Counted from the stretch's first letter, positions 51,851 through 64,000 are shown. The stretch: 64,000 nt of DNA from Chiloscyllium plagiosum (GCF_004010195.1 NC_057719.1:82878474-82942473); one strand, 5' to 3'. The notes: generated by a model from the letters alone, not told the origin. Program-made: numbers and translations.

Positions 51851-52049
51851 CTCTGACACCTAAAGAGCAAGCTATTTGTTACGACTTCCTTTGTCTGAAA
51901 GTGCACTCAAACCAATTTTTGTTGAGGAATCTTAAGTAACCTGGAATCATTGTGTAGACCACCTTGAGGATGACAAGGCTAATGCATACATGAAATAGGA
52001 GCAGGAGTAGGCCATTCAGCCCATTATGGCTGATCATCAAATGTGGAGT

Positions 52050-52622
52050 TGGTACAGGACATTGGTGAGGCCCCTTCTGGAGGACAGTGTCCAGTTCCAG
52101 TCGCCGAGTCATGGGAAGGTTCTTATTAAGCTGGAGAGGGTTTAGAAGAGATTTACCGGGATGTTGCTGGGTGTAGAGGTTTGAGTTATAAAGAAAGGCT
52201 GGATAGGCTGGGACTTTTTTTCACTGGAGCGTAGGAGGTTGAGAGGTAACTATACAAAAGTTTAGAAAATCATGAGGGCTATCAATAGGGTTAATAGTAG
52301 GTGCATTTTCCCTAGGGTAGGGAATTTCAAGACTAGGAGACACATTTTTAAGGTGAGAGGAAAAAGATTTTAAAAAAGACATGAGGGGCAACTTCTTTAT
52401 ACAGAGGATAGTTTGTGTGTGGAATGAACTTCCTGAGGAAGTAGCGGATGTGGGTACAATGAAAACATTTAAAAGACATTTGGGTGAATACATAATAGGA
52501 AAGGTTTGGAGGGATATGGGCCAGGAGCAGGCAGGTGGGACTAGTTTAGTTTGGAACTATGGTCAGCATGGACTGGTTGGGTCGAAGGGTCTGTTTCCTT
52601 GCTATATAACTCAATGACTCTA
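52050..52622 (+). mobile_element. CR1 3' fragment
   Basis: LYRTLVRP, MRGNFFIQRIVCVWNELPEEV and a tail. Followed by older minus-strand CR1 remnants to ~53260. Confidence 0.88.
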
Positions 52623-53827
52623 TCATCCTTTCCCAATCAACATTTACATAATACTCTGCCATTCTGCTTTTCTTATCAAATTACACAACTTCACCCATAT
52701 CCATGTTACACTGCATCTGCCACACATATGCCCACTCACTCCACTTATCAAAGTCACTCTGAAGTCTCTTTACATCCTCCACACCACTTACAATCCTAGT
52801 TTCGTGGATGGCTGGGACCCAAGCACTCATCCACTGTCATTACCTTCCACTCCAGAATGACCCAGCTATGCCTCTCTATTTACTGCTAACCAGTTCTCAA
52901 TCTATGGCAGTATATTACCCCCCAACCCTACGTGCTTTGATTTTGCACATTAACCTCTTTATGTGAGACTTCATCAAAACCTTTCTGAATATCTAAATAT
53001 AGCACATCCAGTATTTCTCCCTCATTTAGACTAGTCATCTCCTTAAAAAATCTAGTAGGTTTGTTAAAAATGGCTTCCTTTTCACAAATCTATGTGAACT
53101 TTGTCTAATCCCATTGGTATTTTCTACATTCCATTGAATAGATTTCAGTATTTCAGCTACAACTGTTAAGGTGACCAGACAGTGATTCCCAATATCTCCC
53201 CCCCTCTGCTTTTTTAAAGAGTGGAGCTACATCTGCCATAGACTGTTCCAGAATCTGAAGGTTGTTGAAACATAATAAACACATCCAGTGTTTATTACTG
53301 GATACTTACTTCCACATAGATTGGTGCCACAGTCTTTGCTGTCACTGCATTCCCTCGAAGAACAATGTCCCTGTCAGAGGAGAGGGAAATTGACCAGAAG
53401 ACTCCTGCTTGACTGACTTTTACTCTGTTGGACGGTCACTGATTCCCTTTCTACCTGTGCACATTTTACTGCAGTGCAACCACTTTGTAATATGTGCCAA
53501 TCACAAAGAGAGCAAGGTAAATTAAGACTCGGTATGAATAGTCAAATTTCGATTTTTAAATGCCTGTAGATTTAGAAACAAATGCCAGAGCATAGTACAC
53601 TGTGGAGCAAGCGCAGGTAAATAGAATCAGTATAGTTTGGTGTTTGTTGGTAGGCATATACATGGCAGACCGAAGGGCTTGTTTCTATGCTGCATGACTC
53701 TAAGTCAAAGGAAGACTGAGAGTTAGCGTCCTACAGTATACTTTTTGGGATCTGGGAAAGAATGAGACGCCTGGGATTTGGCTCTTCAGTTTGATTTAAC
53801 ATGTTCACATTTACTGTCCATTTGTAG

Positions 53828-53909
53828 CATCATGCAGGCCGTGCTGGACCATGCTCTCCCTTACTTGCATGTCCGAGAGGCGTTTGGTCAGAAGATTGGA
53901 GAGTTTCAG
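53828..53909 (+). CDS. IVD: IVD exon 9
   Basis: tttgtag|(G)[27 protein letters not shown]|gtaagg; 82 nt. Confidence 0.97.
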
Positions 53910-55537
53910 GTAAGGTACCACAGAGCCTTTGAATATAAATGGAATAGCAATCTCACTAATTTTGTTATTGCTTGTGCGGAACTCTGAGGTTTGTCCATGG
54001 CAGCAGTGTCCAGAACTGGAATTTGATGCTAGGAAGGGTGTCAGCATGCAGACATCCGGAGCAGCCATGCAGCTTCGAGGGAGCGCTGAATGTGAGAAAT
54101 ATACACTTTTTATTTTAATAAATTCATTCTTCCTACTTCCTCACGTTAGGACACACATTGCTGCAGATCCAAAAGGACAAGGCAAAAAACATTCTCCAAA
54201 AAACCCAAAGCATTGCAGTTGCTTGAACTCGGAAACAGAAACTGAAATTGTTGGAAAATCTCAGCAGGTCTGGCAGCATCTGTGGAGAAAAATCCAGAGT
54301 TAATGTTTCGGGTCTGGTGACCCTTGCTCAGAACAAAAAAAACAGAAAATGGGGAGAAGAGATCGGAAGGTCAGACAGTAACTGAGGAGAGACAAACAGA
54401 GTTAACATTTTAAGCTTTGTGATCTCTCAATGCATCTTGTTGTGTGAGCAAAGCACTTTGAGAAATCAACTTTAAATATATAAGGAAAGAAGCCGAAGTA
54501 AATATAGGCATTTTAGAGAACCAAGGCTGGGAAAATAATAATGGGGAAGCAGGAATTGCAGTGTAGTTGAAAAAATAATTTTTATCAGGCTTCACTGTGG
54601 AAGACACTAACAACATTTCAAAATTAATTAAAAACATACCAAAGAGCAAAAGAAGAAAAGGTAATAAATTTAACCATCAATAGAGGAAAAAGTGCTAGGG
54701 AAATTAATGAGATTAATTGCTGATAAGTCTTCTGGAACTGATGGGATGTGTCCCAGGATAATGAGGGAAGTAGCTAGAGAAATAGTGGCTGCACAGGTAG
54801 GCATCTTCCAAGAGCCCTTAGTTTCTGGGAAGTCCCAGAGGATTGAAAACTGGACAGCAGAACTGGGATAAGGGGGCATTTTCAGGATGAACTTTGTGAA
54901 TGAGACAAAAATAGGTGGGAAGGAAAATGGTGAGGATGGCACAAAAGGATTATAGGCAGTTTTAAGTAAGTGGGCAAAAATCCCTCTTGAACAGGAATCC
55001 AATCTTCCATCACTTTGTTCATGTTTAGCCAGAACAATTTCTTATGTTCTGTTGTTTCCTTTAACTCAGTGTCATTTGTCTGCTAACCTTCCTGTGAAGT
55101 ACCTGGGAGTGCAGGGCACTATAGAAATGGACCCTGCCCAGGTATGATCACCCTAAATATGGTTAAAAGAACTCTAATTTTAGAGGATAAAATCATCTTA
55201 ACAGCACAACCTTAGCCATTTTGGACATCATAAACCTAGCAATTGAGTTTTGTTTCCACTTTGAGCGTCTAGGTTTGAATCTGACTCATTGACCTGCTAT
55301 TGACAGAAATGAGAAGCCTTTCCCTAATTTTAGCATTTCTCTCTGTCTTACTCTCCTGTTCTTCCATTGACCTCAATCTTTGGTGCAGTTATATGTTCAT
55401 GACAATGTTTTTGTTTTGTCCGTGTATATATTCATTTTACCCAGAGCAATGTTGGGAGTTGTAATGAGATGGGCCAACTGTTGTATCTCCTTGATGTGTT
55501 TAACTTGATATTTGTTGCACTGCCTCCTTTACTGCAG

Positions 55538-55642
55538 CTTTTACAAGGCAAGATGGCTGACATGTATACCAACCTGAGTGCCTGCAGGCAGTACGTATAC
55601 AACGTGGCAAGAGCTTGTGACATGGGACACATGAGTGCAAAG
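55538..55642 (+). CDS. IVD: IVD exon 10
   Basis: actgcag|[35 protein letters not shown]|gtaagg; 105 nt. Confidence 0.97.
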
Positions 55643-57899
55643 GTAAGGCTAGAGGAAGTTGAAGTTTATCCTTGTGGACCACTGTATGAGCAGCCTCATT
55701 GTCAACAAAAGCCTAGTATGTAATCACTTTCTAAAATGTTTGCACAAAGTCTTGCCTCACTCATGACTTGAGTCTGAGGTTGAATTCAGCATAATCTGCT
55801 GATTGTAGGAGTCTGACTTGATACAAGTTGGAGCAGCTTCAATCTAGTCCCTTGTGGATGTACCATAGCGATGATTGGCATTAAGGTTGAAATCTCACCT
55901 ACTGAATGGCTCGTATGGGAAATTAGAAATGACCACACAGCTACAGTAGAGTCATAGTCATAGAGTTTTACAGGATGGAAAGAGGCCGTTCGGCCCATCA
56001 TGTCCGTGCCGTTCATCTAGTCCCACCATGACAAGTGTTGTCCACTGTTGAACTAAAGACAGGTTATTGGGCAGGATTGAGGGAGATTTCTGGGTTGAAC
56101 AATGCTGTATTAGATTAAACAATGCTTAATGTTAACTTGGTGACGGTGATAATGACATCTCACCTTGACAGTCAGAAATTCACATCACCACCTATATGTT
56201 GTTCTGCAACAGCTTTGTGGCTTCCTGGAGTGGGAAGTACACTTTCAATGAATGTCTAATCTTTGTTTTGATAGTTTGAACAATCAGAGTTGGATGCCTA
56301 TGGAGAAGCAATACATTGATGTTTAAAATAAACACTTTTTTAAAAACTCATTGCAGCCTCACTGAGGATAGCGGCATAATTGGAAATATCATGCTACTGC
56401 GGTAAGAATGCTTACAGTTTAGGTACATTTTGCAACCTTCTAGGAAATGCAGGGACGAAAGGATTCCTTAAGAATGTGTAGAGAAACTTAAAGAAAAATT
56501 TCTAACAGGACACTTGTCTCTCATGATGAAATCTGTTTAAGGGCTCCTTCAGCAGAAAATTGGTAGCAGAAAGCCTATGTGCGCTCTCAAACAGTCCTAT
56601 GGTGTCGCTCGCTTGAGAATTGTAGAGGTTTCAAGGTACACTGGTCTCTATCTCAACTGCTCCCCATGTGAAAGTATTCCAGGGTCTCACTGAAGATGTT
56701 GTGAGAATTCCCTTAAAGCTGCAGTATTCAAATAGTGACCATTTGGCACATTTCCCTTACCAGAGGAAATAATCTTTCCCTTCATTCTGTCAAATCTCTT
56801 TAACATTTCTTTTTAAATCTGCTGTTTGTTTTTTTTCTTTTATTTAAACTAACCAAGATCTTTTATGAATCCACATCTCTATTTCCCAAGTTATCTATTT
56901 TTATTCCTGGGATGTTGGTGTTGCTGGTAGGACCATTATTTGTTGATTGCCCTTAATTGCTCAAAACCTGGTGGCTTGCTCAGCAATTCCAGAGGGCAGT
57001 TCAGAGTCAACCACATTATTGTGGATCTAAAGTCATATGTAGGCTGGAACTATGGCAGATTAGTGACAGCAGATTGGCTATATTAGTTATTCACGTTTTT
57101 TTAATGATAATTATAGAAGTTATTAAATGAATTGCAATTCTACCAGCTGCAGTAATGTGATTTGATGCTCCTGTCCCCAGAGCTGGAGTGCCAGTCCAAT
57201 GATACTACCACTGCACCATTGTTTCCCCTTTTCCAAGTGCAGTATCAGTACCCTTTCCCACACGTCCTTGCTTTGATGTTATTTTCCTTTCTGCTTTCAC
57301 TGCTGCTTGTTTTATATCTTGTTTAGTTGTGCTTTTGATTTAAAACATCTTTCAAGCAAAGACTTAAAAAAAAGCTTACTGATCAAATGTAGTTCAAATG
57401 CTGTGTACAAACAATTGTAATTAATGATTAAAATTATCTATATGCCTGTTTCTTCTTTCTCAATGTTTAATAGTCAGTGCAAGATTTTAAATTGCAGCCA
57501 CCCCTACTATTATCTTTTTTGGGTGGATCCATAGTGTTATTCAAAACAGAAGAGAAAACTGCAGTGTCCTGGGCAGTATCAATTCCTCAACCAACACCAC
57601 TAAAACAGATTATCATACTTTATATTCTCATATTTCTGTTGAGGGAACTAGCTGTGCACAAATAGGCTGCTGCATTTCCTACATTACAACAGTGACTACA
57701 CTTCCAAAGTATATTAGAGTCATAAAGGTCTACAGCATGGAAACAGGCCCTTGGGTTCACCTAACCCATGCTACCCAGTTTTCACAATTAAACTAGTCCC
57801 ATTTTCCTGTGTTTGGTCCATATCCCTCCATACCTATCCCATCCTTGTACCTGTTCAAATGTTGCTCAAATGACAAAATTGTACTCACTTCCACCACTA

Positions 57900-58203
57900 A
57901 GGTGTCACCTTTATTCTGATAAAACCTGAAGTTTCTTGGGGCAGGGATTTACATATTAATCAAAACCTGCACCTCCATTCTAACTGATTAAAAACTCGAT
58001 AGCCATCTGGGTTTGTTCAGTACATTTGCATAAGTTGCATGACCCTTTGATCTTTGCCTATAAATTCTGTGTCCAATGTATTCTGTCTCACTAGCTGCCT
58101 GAGAAAGTTTGCGGTTTCAAGTAAACTTGTTGGACTGTAAGCTCTTGTCATGTGATTGTTGACTTTGTCCACGCCAGTCCAATAGCGGCGCCTCCACCTC
58201 ATG
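57900..58203 (+). mobile_element. PLE 3' fragment (second family)
   Basis: Ends aaacttgttggactgtaa..gtccacgccagtccaatagcggcgcctccac; 7-bp TSD accacta. Confidence 0.75.
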
Positions 58204-58344
58204 ACCACTATCTCTGGCAGACCATTCCAGACACTTATTACCCTCTGTGAAAACAAAATGCCACTCTGGACTCTTTTGTATCTCTCCCCTCTTACCCTAA
58301 ACCTATGCCCACTGATTTTAGACTCCCCTGACATTGGGAAGAGT

Positions 58345-58554
58345 GAGTTTTGAGAAGATTTGTAGCTTAGTTTGAGGTTCTGGATGTAGGTTTGCTCGCT
58401 GAGCTGGAAGATTCATTTCCAGATGTTTCGTCACCCTACTAGGTAACATCTTCAGTAAAGGCTTCACCTGGAGGCCCACTGAAGATGTTACCTAGTAGGG
58501 TGATGAAATGTCTGGAAATGAATCTTCCAACTCAGCAAGCCAACCTACGTCCAG
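58345..58554 (-). mobile_element. Short fold-back element of the same PLE family as 8261-16093
   Basis: Inverted arms 58379-58456 / 58478-58555, a 34-nt tail and a 12-bp TSD attgggaagagt. Confidence 0.9.
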
Positions 58555-58914
58555 ATTGGGAAGAGTTATTGGCAATCTACCTTATCTATGCCTCTCATGA
58601 TTTTATAAACTTCTACCAGGTCACCCCTCATCTCCTATGGTCCAGGAAAAAGGTCCCAGCCTATATTATTGGAGACAAAGTGGCTTAGAACATTCTGAGG
58701 CCTTGGAAGCTGCTGCTATGTATAAAGATTATGCCTTTTCACATATTAGAAATCTGCACGACATTGAGATCCATCAGGTCGGTTCTGTGAGATATTGTGC
58801 AGTGTGGAGTATTGATCAAGAGATTGTACACTTTGGGTCCAGTTATCTAACACACTTTTGAGACCAAAGTATCACCAGAGCTAGAACCTCATTTACCTCA
58901 CCTTCCTTTTTCAG

Positions 58915-58987
58915 GATTGTGCTGGTGTGATTCTCTATGCAGCAGAGGCAGCGACTAAAGTTGCCCTGGACGGCATTCAGTGTCTAG
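58915..58987 (+). CDS. IVD: IVD exon 11
   Basis: ttttcag|[24 protein letters not shown](G)|gtgagt; 73 nt. Confidence 0.97.
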
Positions 58988-60156
58988 GTGAGTGCTCTCT
59001 CCTTTAAATGATTGATTGAGGGTGAAGGGTTGAGAACAACCCAGTGAGGCCACCACAACAGTGAGAGAGGGAAAGCAAATAATAATTGGCTAAGAAAAGG
59101 CTGACTGTAGTAGTCCCCGCACGTCAGAGCAAGTTGGAACAGGGAACCTCTGCAGTGTCTTCATAGTCAAATGCTGTTTGGAAGAGTGCCTAGGGTGGAA
59201 ATTTTGGAATTGCCAAAGGCAATTGAATTATTTGATAGGCTAGGTAGAGAGAAAGCATCTTCTCTTGTTGGGGAGTTCAGAACAATGGGGCTCAGTGTTA
59301 AAATTCGGGCTGATGTCAGGATGTTTTTTTTTGTTTACACATGCCTAATGGAACTTTACACTTGCCTCTCTCAAAAAAGCTATTGCGATTCTGCCAACCA
59401 AACGTTTGAAAGCAAGGCTGATAGGTTATTGTTGGGTAAGCCTGTTAAAGGATAATGATCCAAGCTGACAGAGTCTTGGATCTAATGGGACGGTGGAAGA
59501 TGATTGGGGTGCGGCAGTAGCTGAATGATCCTAAGTACTGGTGGCTTGGGAAGATCGAGAAGCCAAATACTCAGGAGTACTTGCCAGATTTATGCAGAGA
59601 GAGCAACATTTCAGCTGGAGAAACTTTATAAGCTGGAAGTGAAAGATGCGTCAGTTTTCAAATGACCAATGTTTTCTCATTTTCTGTCTCACTGTAAAGG
59701 AGATGTAAGTGAACCCCTGAAAATGAAGGAATCATAGATGGACCTGCACATTGCAAAACGTTTGGGGGGACGAAGGGTGGACAAAAGTATTTGTCATAGT
59801 GTTTCTGATTTTCTTTCTGATGCAACCTCTTTCCATTTCTTCCCATTACACATAGTACAGCTGAACTAATCTCTACTTTTGTCAATTAAAGATTCAAATT
59901 CAAATTCTCAAACTGCCATGGCAAGACTGAAACTCTGAGTTACCATAAACCATAAAATTAACCATTATAATAGGACCTTCACCCTATAGAGTGTAAGATC
60001 TGATGTCTACTGCTGTGCTTTGTAATTTGTCTAATAATTGGGATTGGGAACTGGCTGAGTAAAGACATGGTCTTCTTGGAACTTACGCAGACAATATGGT
60101 TTTTGCTAATCATCTCTTGTGCTAATCTGCTCGTACCTATGTATTTGCAATTGCAG

Positions 60157-60290
60157 GCGGCAATGGATACATCAATGACTACCCTATGGGTCGCTTTCTA
60201 CGTGATGCCAAGCTGTATGAAATAGGAGCTGGAACCAGTGAAGTCAGGAGACTCATCATTGGGAGAGCATTTAACGCCATTTACAAATAA
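60157..60290 (+). CDS. IVD: IVD exon 12 (coding part, ends TAA)
   Basis: attgcag|(G)[43 protein letters not shown]. The 12 exons sum to 1278 nt with a continuous frame (425 aa). Confidence 0.97.
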
Positions 60291-60919
60291 CCTAATTTCC
60301 CAACCACTCCCTAAAGACAAGGCCTCGTATGTGTCTCTTCATTCTACACATCGCACAACTTAGTGCATTGCAGCAATATTTCATTAATTTTTTAAGATGT
60401 GTGTACCCATTGTATTTTGAAGTGCCTTGGACTCTATCAGGACATCAACGTTCATAGAAATATCGGTTGCAAGGCTAGAATTGTGGTAAAATCATGAATA
60501 TTGATTTCAATCGAATATTCGTGTTCAATGGAACAGGAAGGAGAGCATTCTGCAGTTAGCAGAGCAACAGGATGCTCTATGCAATACAAAAATTGGTTCT
60601 GCATCATCACTCTGGTCTGTTGGTTAATGCGCTGTGTGATGTTTTATTAATTTGCAGACGAGAAATGAAATGCAAATGTCACAGGATTATCCCTCTGCAC
60701 CACCTCATACTTATGTGACAGGATTATTCAGTGTTGCTGGTGCAGTTGCATATAATCTATACATACCACCTTTCCTTCAGGATCTCATTGTACTTTTCAA
60801 GTGTTCAGCTGTCATTGTTGCAAAAACTAGAATGCGAGAGTCAGCAGATGGTTGACTTTCCTTCCAGAGCAGCGACAAAGTTGCAAGCTGTCCAAAGCGG
60901 GTCCCCCTTTGTTCAAAAT

Positions 60920-60925
60920 AATAAA
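60920..60925 (+). promoter_or_regulatory. Candidate IVD polyadenylation signal (AATAAA)
   Basis: First AATAAA downstream of the stop codon. Alternatives exist (ATTAAA 61097; AATAAA near 62981, 63515, 63983); the true 3' end cannot be determined from sequence alone. Confidence 0.35.
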
Positions 60926-61897
60926 TGCAACCCCATCTCCCCTGGCGTTGCTCACAATAGGTCAGAGGGTTTCAGGAGAGTTGTACTGTGTATCACTCAT
61001 TATATTATCCTGCTGTGGTGGAGTTTTGTATATAATTAACCTTCCCCTCAAGACTGGAAGGTCTCTGCAAAATCTGAGATCAGTCAGAGTCACATCATTA
61101 AAATGGGAAGTGCTTGACTCGAGACCAGAAAACAGCATTTAATCTTGCTACTACATAACATTTCAGAGTGAGATATCCCACTTGTGACAGGCTCTGGAAA
61201 GTGGATGAGCTTTGTCCAATTTTTACTTTTAATGCTGGTTTTATTCAATCTGGGGGTGTGGGTGTCACAGGCAGGACAGGCATTTATTGCCCATGCTTAG
61301 TTGGTCGTGGTAGCTCATCTTTGAACCGTGATTTTGATACAACCGAGTGTCTTAGCAAGACCCTTCAGTTCCCATTCAACCATGTTGGTGCAGGTCAGGA
61401 GTCATGTGTAAGATAGATTAGGTAAAAACTGCAGGTGTTGTTCCGTTGGACACCTTTTTGGATTTTGTTTCAGATTTCTGTGTTTTTTTTTGTGTGGTCT
61501 CAAACCGCTAAGTCTGATTTCTGTCCTGGAGGAACAGGATGTTTGCGAGAAAACCAGTGACACACATACCAAGGAGCGAGAGAGAACCTGCTCACTGCTT
61601 CATGTCACGTCTCCACACTAACTATCAGCCTCACAATTAGACTCCTAAATTTGGGAGTCTTAAAAAGTGCTGAGGAACAAGCCCTTGGTGTTCAATTTGT
61701 TTATTATTAAGGTGTGTTCACTGCTGTTGCAACTCAGTGTATTTTGCAGGAAGCCATTGAGCTAGTGGGATCTATGAGTAGAGTAACACATTGTCAACCC
61801 AGCTCCTGTTATACAGATGTTGGCTGGAACTGCAGCTGTACTCGATGGTAATAGTAAAGCAGGGGTCTGTTTTATCTTCTGTTTGTTTTTCTAAGGT

Positions 61898-62140
61898 GAA
61901 CAACAGCTTGTCTTTTATATCACACCTTTTAACAGTAAAATGTCCAAAGGTGCTCCAAAGGAGCGTAGTGAGCCAGTCATTTGATACAGCCTCAGGAGGA
62001 AGCATGACAAGTGGTGACCAAGTACTTTGATCAAAGAGGTAGGTTTTAAACAGCAACTTTTAAAAGCAGAGAGGGATGGATAGCTAATTCCAAAGGTTAA
62101 AGCCTTAAGCAGCTGAAGGCATGGCAAGTTAATGGGAACA
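61898..62140 (-). mobile_element. L2-like 3' end (another copy at ~63520-63740)
   Basis: acaacagcttgtcttttatatcacacctttt..aaaatgtccaaaggtgctcca is the reverse of an L2/DeuSINE-type tail. Confidence 0.55.
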
Positions 62141-64000
62141 TGGAACATAGGCACAGGAATGCACAAAATCATCTTGGATAAAATTAAAATTACAGTGTTT
62201 AATTTTCCAGGTTCTCTTATTCCCAAATGAACCTGCCTATTCCTGAGAGAAATGTAACAAAACTGGACTTGGAAGAAGAATAAACTGTGATAGATTTGAG
62301 CCTCCAAACCCTTTACATCCTTGTCTTTTTAGATATTCAATGGGTCTTGCCTGCGAGTGGTTAAATTTCCATTAAATTATATTTCCTTTCAGTATATCTT
62401 GCAGCTCTTATCTTTTGGGAAGCTTAACACGTAGAAACCCACCTGTCACCAGTTCTGGAGTTTCCAGTTGTAACCTGCCAAGAAGCATGTGATGCACAAT
62501 GTGAAAGCCATGTAACAGGAGTGTATAAGTGTGGGCTGAGGGGAAAGAATAGAGAAGCTAAAATTCTTCAATCTGGAGGTGGGGGTGGGTGGGGGAGAGG
62601 GAGGTTAATTTCACTGAAGTATAAAATGATTTGCACTCAGAACATTGCTTCAGGGTAAGTCAACAAGTTGAATAGAGGGGATTGTGCGTAAAGGAGTGAC
62701 AAGACCATTTACCAGAGAGATGAACTGAACCCTCTGCTTGCTCTGGTCATCTGTATAATCATTGGTGAAATCTGGCTGCATGCAACGCTGTGGAATCTGC
62801 TCACTTGTGCACTGTGCCACTTGTACTGTTCCTTGTGACACACACACACACACAATGAGTATACACGATGGGTCTAAATGCAAGGTTACCTACTCTGGTT
62901 TAAAGTCACATTGCTTGACTACCCTACATTCCCACCGGTGGTCATGCCTTTCCGCAAAGAATTCCTTCATAACCCGATTAAATAAATCTTGAATGTCAAA
63001 GCATTTTATTTCAATCTCCGATATTGTTATAACAATTAATGTGGTGATTATATAAAATGATGAATCACTTTTATGCCCCCTTGACGTTTCTCTGGATTTG
63101 TCTGCAGCACTCTAGTCCTAACCCTAACCCGAACCCTACTGCAGATTTGCAACTCTAGTCTGCTGTGAATGGTTGTATATATATCAATCAAAGTTGAAAG
63201 ATCAGGTGCTCTTGAGGATAGATTGTTTGAAGCATTCATCAATTAACTCTTTTGTCTCAGGTCATTCACTCTTGATTCTTGGATAGGTGGTGCTTGATTT
63301 ACTAATCTGAACTATGTCTACAGTCAGATTAAAGAAGCGTTTTACGAGGCATTCAGCTCTGGGTTGTCTTGACACAGGGATGGAATTATATCCGAAGAGA
63401 CTGGAGAGTGATGATAAAAAAGTGATGTCTTCATGTGGTGATTGTATCTGATGACCTCTTTATTTGGGTCACAGAGCGCTACAGATACCTTTTAATGTTC
63501 AGTTCCTTCTCTCTCAATAAATACCTACATTCAGCAGCAAGCGTTAATGTCACACTTTGAAGAGTAAAATACCCCAAGACATTCGCAGGGAGTTATCAAA
63601 CACAATTTAATAATGTACCACATAAAATGATGAGGGCAAATAACCAAAAATGTGGTCAACAAGGTAAGGTTGTAAGGAATATCTTAATGGAGAAAAAGAG
63701 AAGTCGAGAGATACACAGAGGGGATTCCAGAATTGGGGCTTTTCACTCAGTAGTAAGTAACTAATGCATACTTATTGTTTAACTTACTGCTGGATGTCTG
63801 TTTAAATTGAATGGACCTAATCTGTAATAACTTCAGATTTGGATATAGTCTTGTTGCTTGTAGTTGCATTCACTCTGAATGACAACACCAATGTGATCTC
63901 CTATCAGGGAATTACTTTTAATCATTGAATACTCTGTGGGATATTTATGAGTAGACTATAGATGTGATTATACAGTTGATTCAATAAAAGCTATGTGCAA

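Larger units (their letters stand above)
57480..58740 (+). mobile_element. DeuSINE split by a minus-strand CR1 3' piece (57717-58661) that carries two PLE insertions
   Basis: Deu domain gtgtcctgggc..cctcaaccaacaccactaaaacagattatc..gctgtgcacaaataggctgctgcatttcctacattacaacagtgactacacttc; the SINE tail resumes at 58669; TSD tatatta. Confidence 0.8.

Noticed and set aside
63112..63140. Telomere-like (CCCTAA)n
   Set aside because: Only 3-4 degenerate units; too short to call an interstitial telomeric site.
61000..64000. Exons of a downstream neighbouring gene
   Set aside because: No ORF with recognisable homology or consistent splice signals; mostly old SINE and L2 remnants.

Overview
This is eukaryotic, repeat-rich vertebrate DNA. 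It is most likely a cartilaginous fish (shark), inferred from HE1-like V-SINEs, HER1-like CR1 LINEs, DeuSINEs and abundant Penelope-like elements (PLEs). The only host gene I can support is a complete 12-exon isovaleryl-CoA dehydrogenase (IVD) on the + strand: CDS 17053-60290, 1278 nt spliced, 425 aa, all introns GT-AG, with a CpG-island promoter. The rest is mostly degraded mobile DNA (L1, CR1, L2, RTE, PLE, solo LTRs, Tc1/mariner-type ends, SINEs), tandem repeats and a 697-N gap. The most striking structure is a recurring fold-back PLE architecture. Each short element has two inverted arms, an unpaired ~30-37 nt tail on one side, a long target-site duplication and a minimal hammerhead-ribozyme-like core. 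The same fold-back layout occurs at ~0.2 kb scale in several PLE families and at ~2 x 1.9 kb scale upstream of IVD, where a later CR1 insertion splits it. Repeat family names come from motif recognition only; no database search was run.
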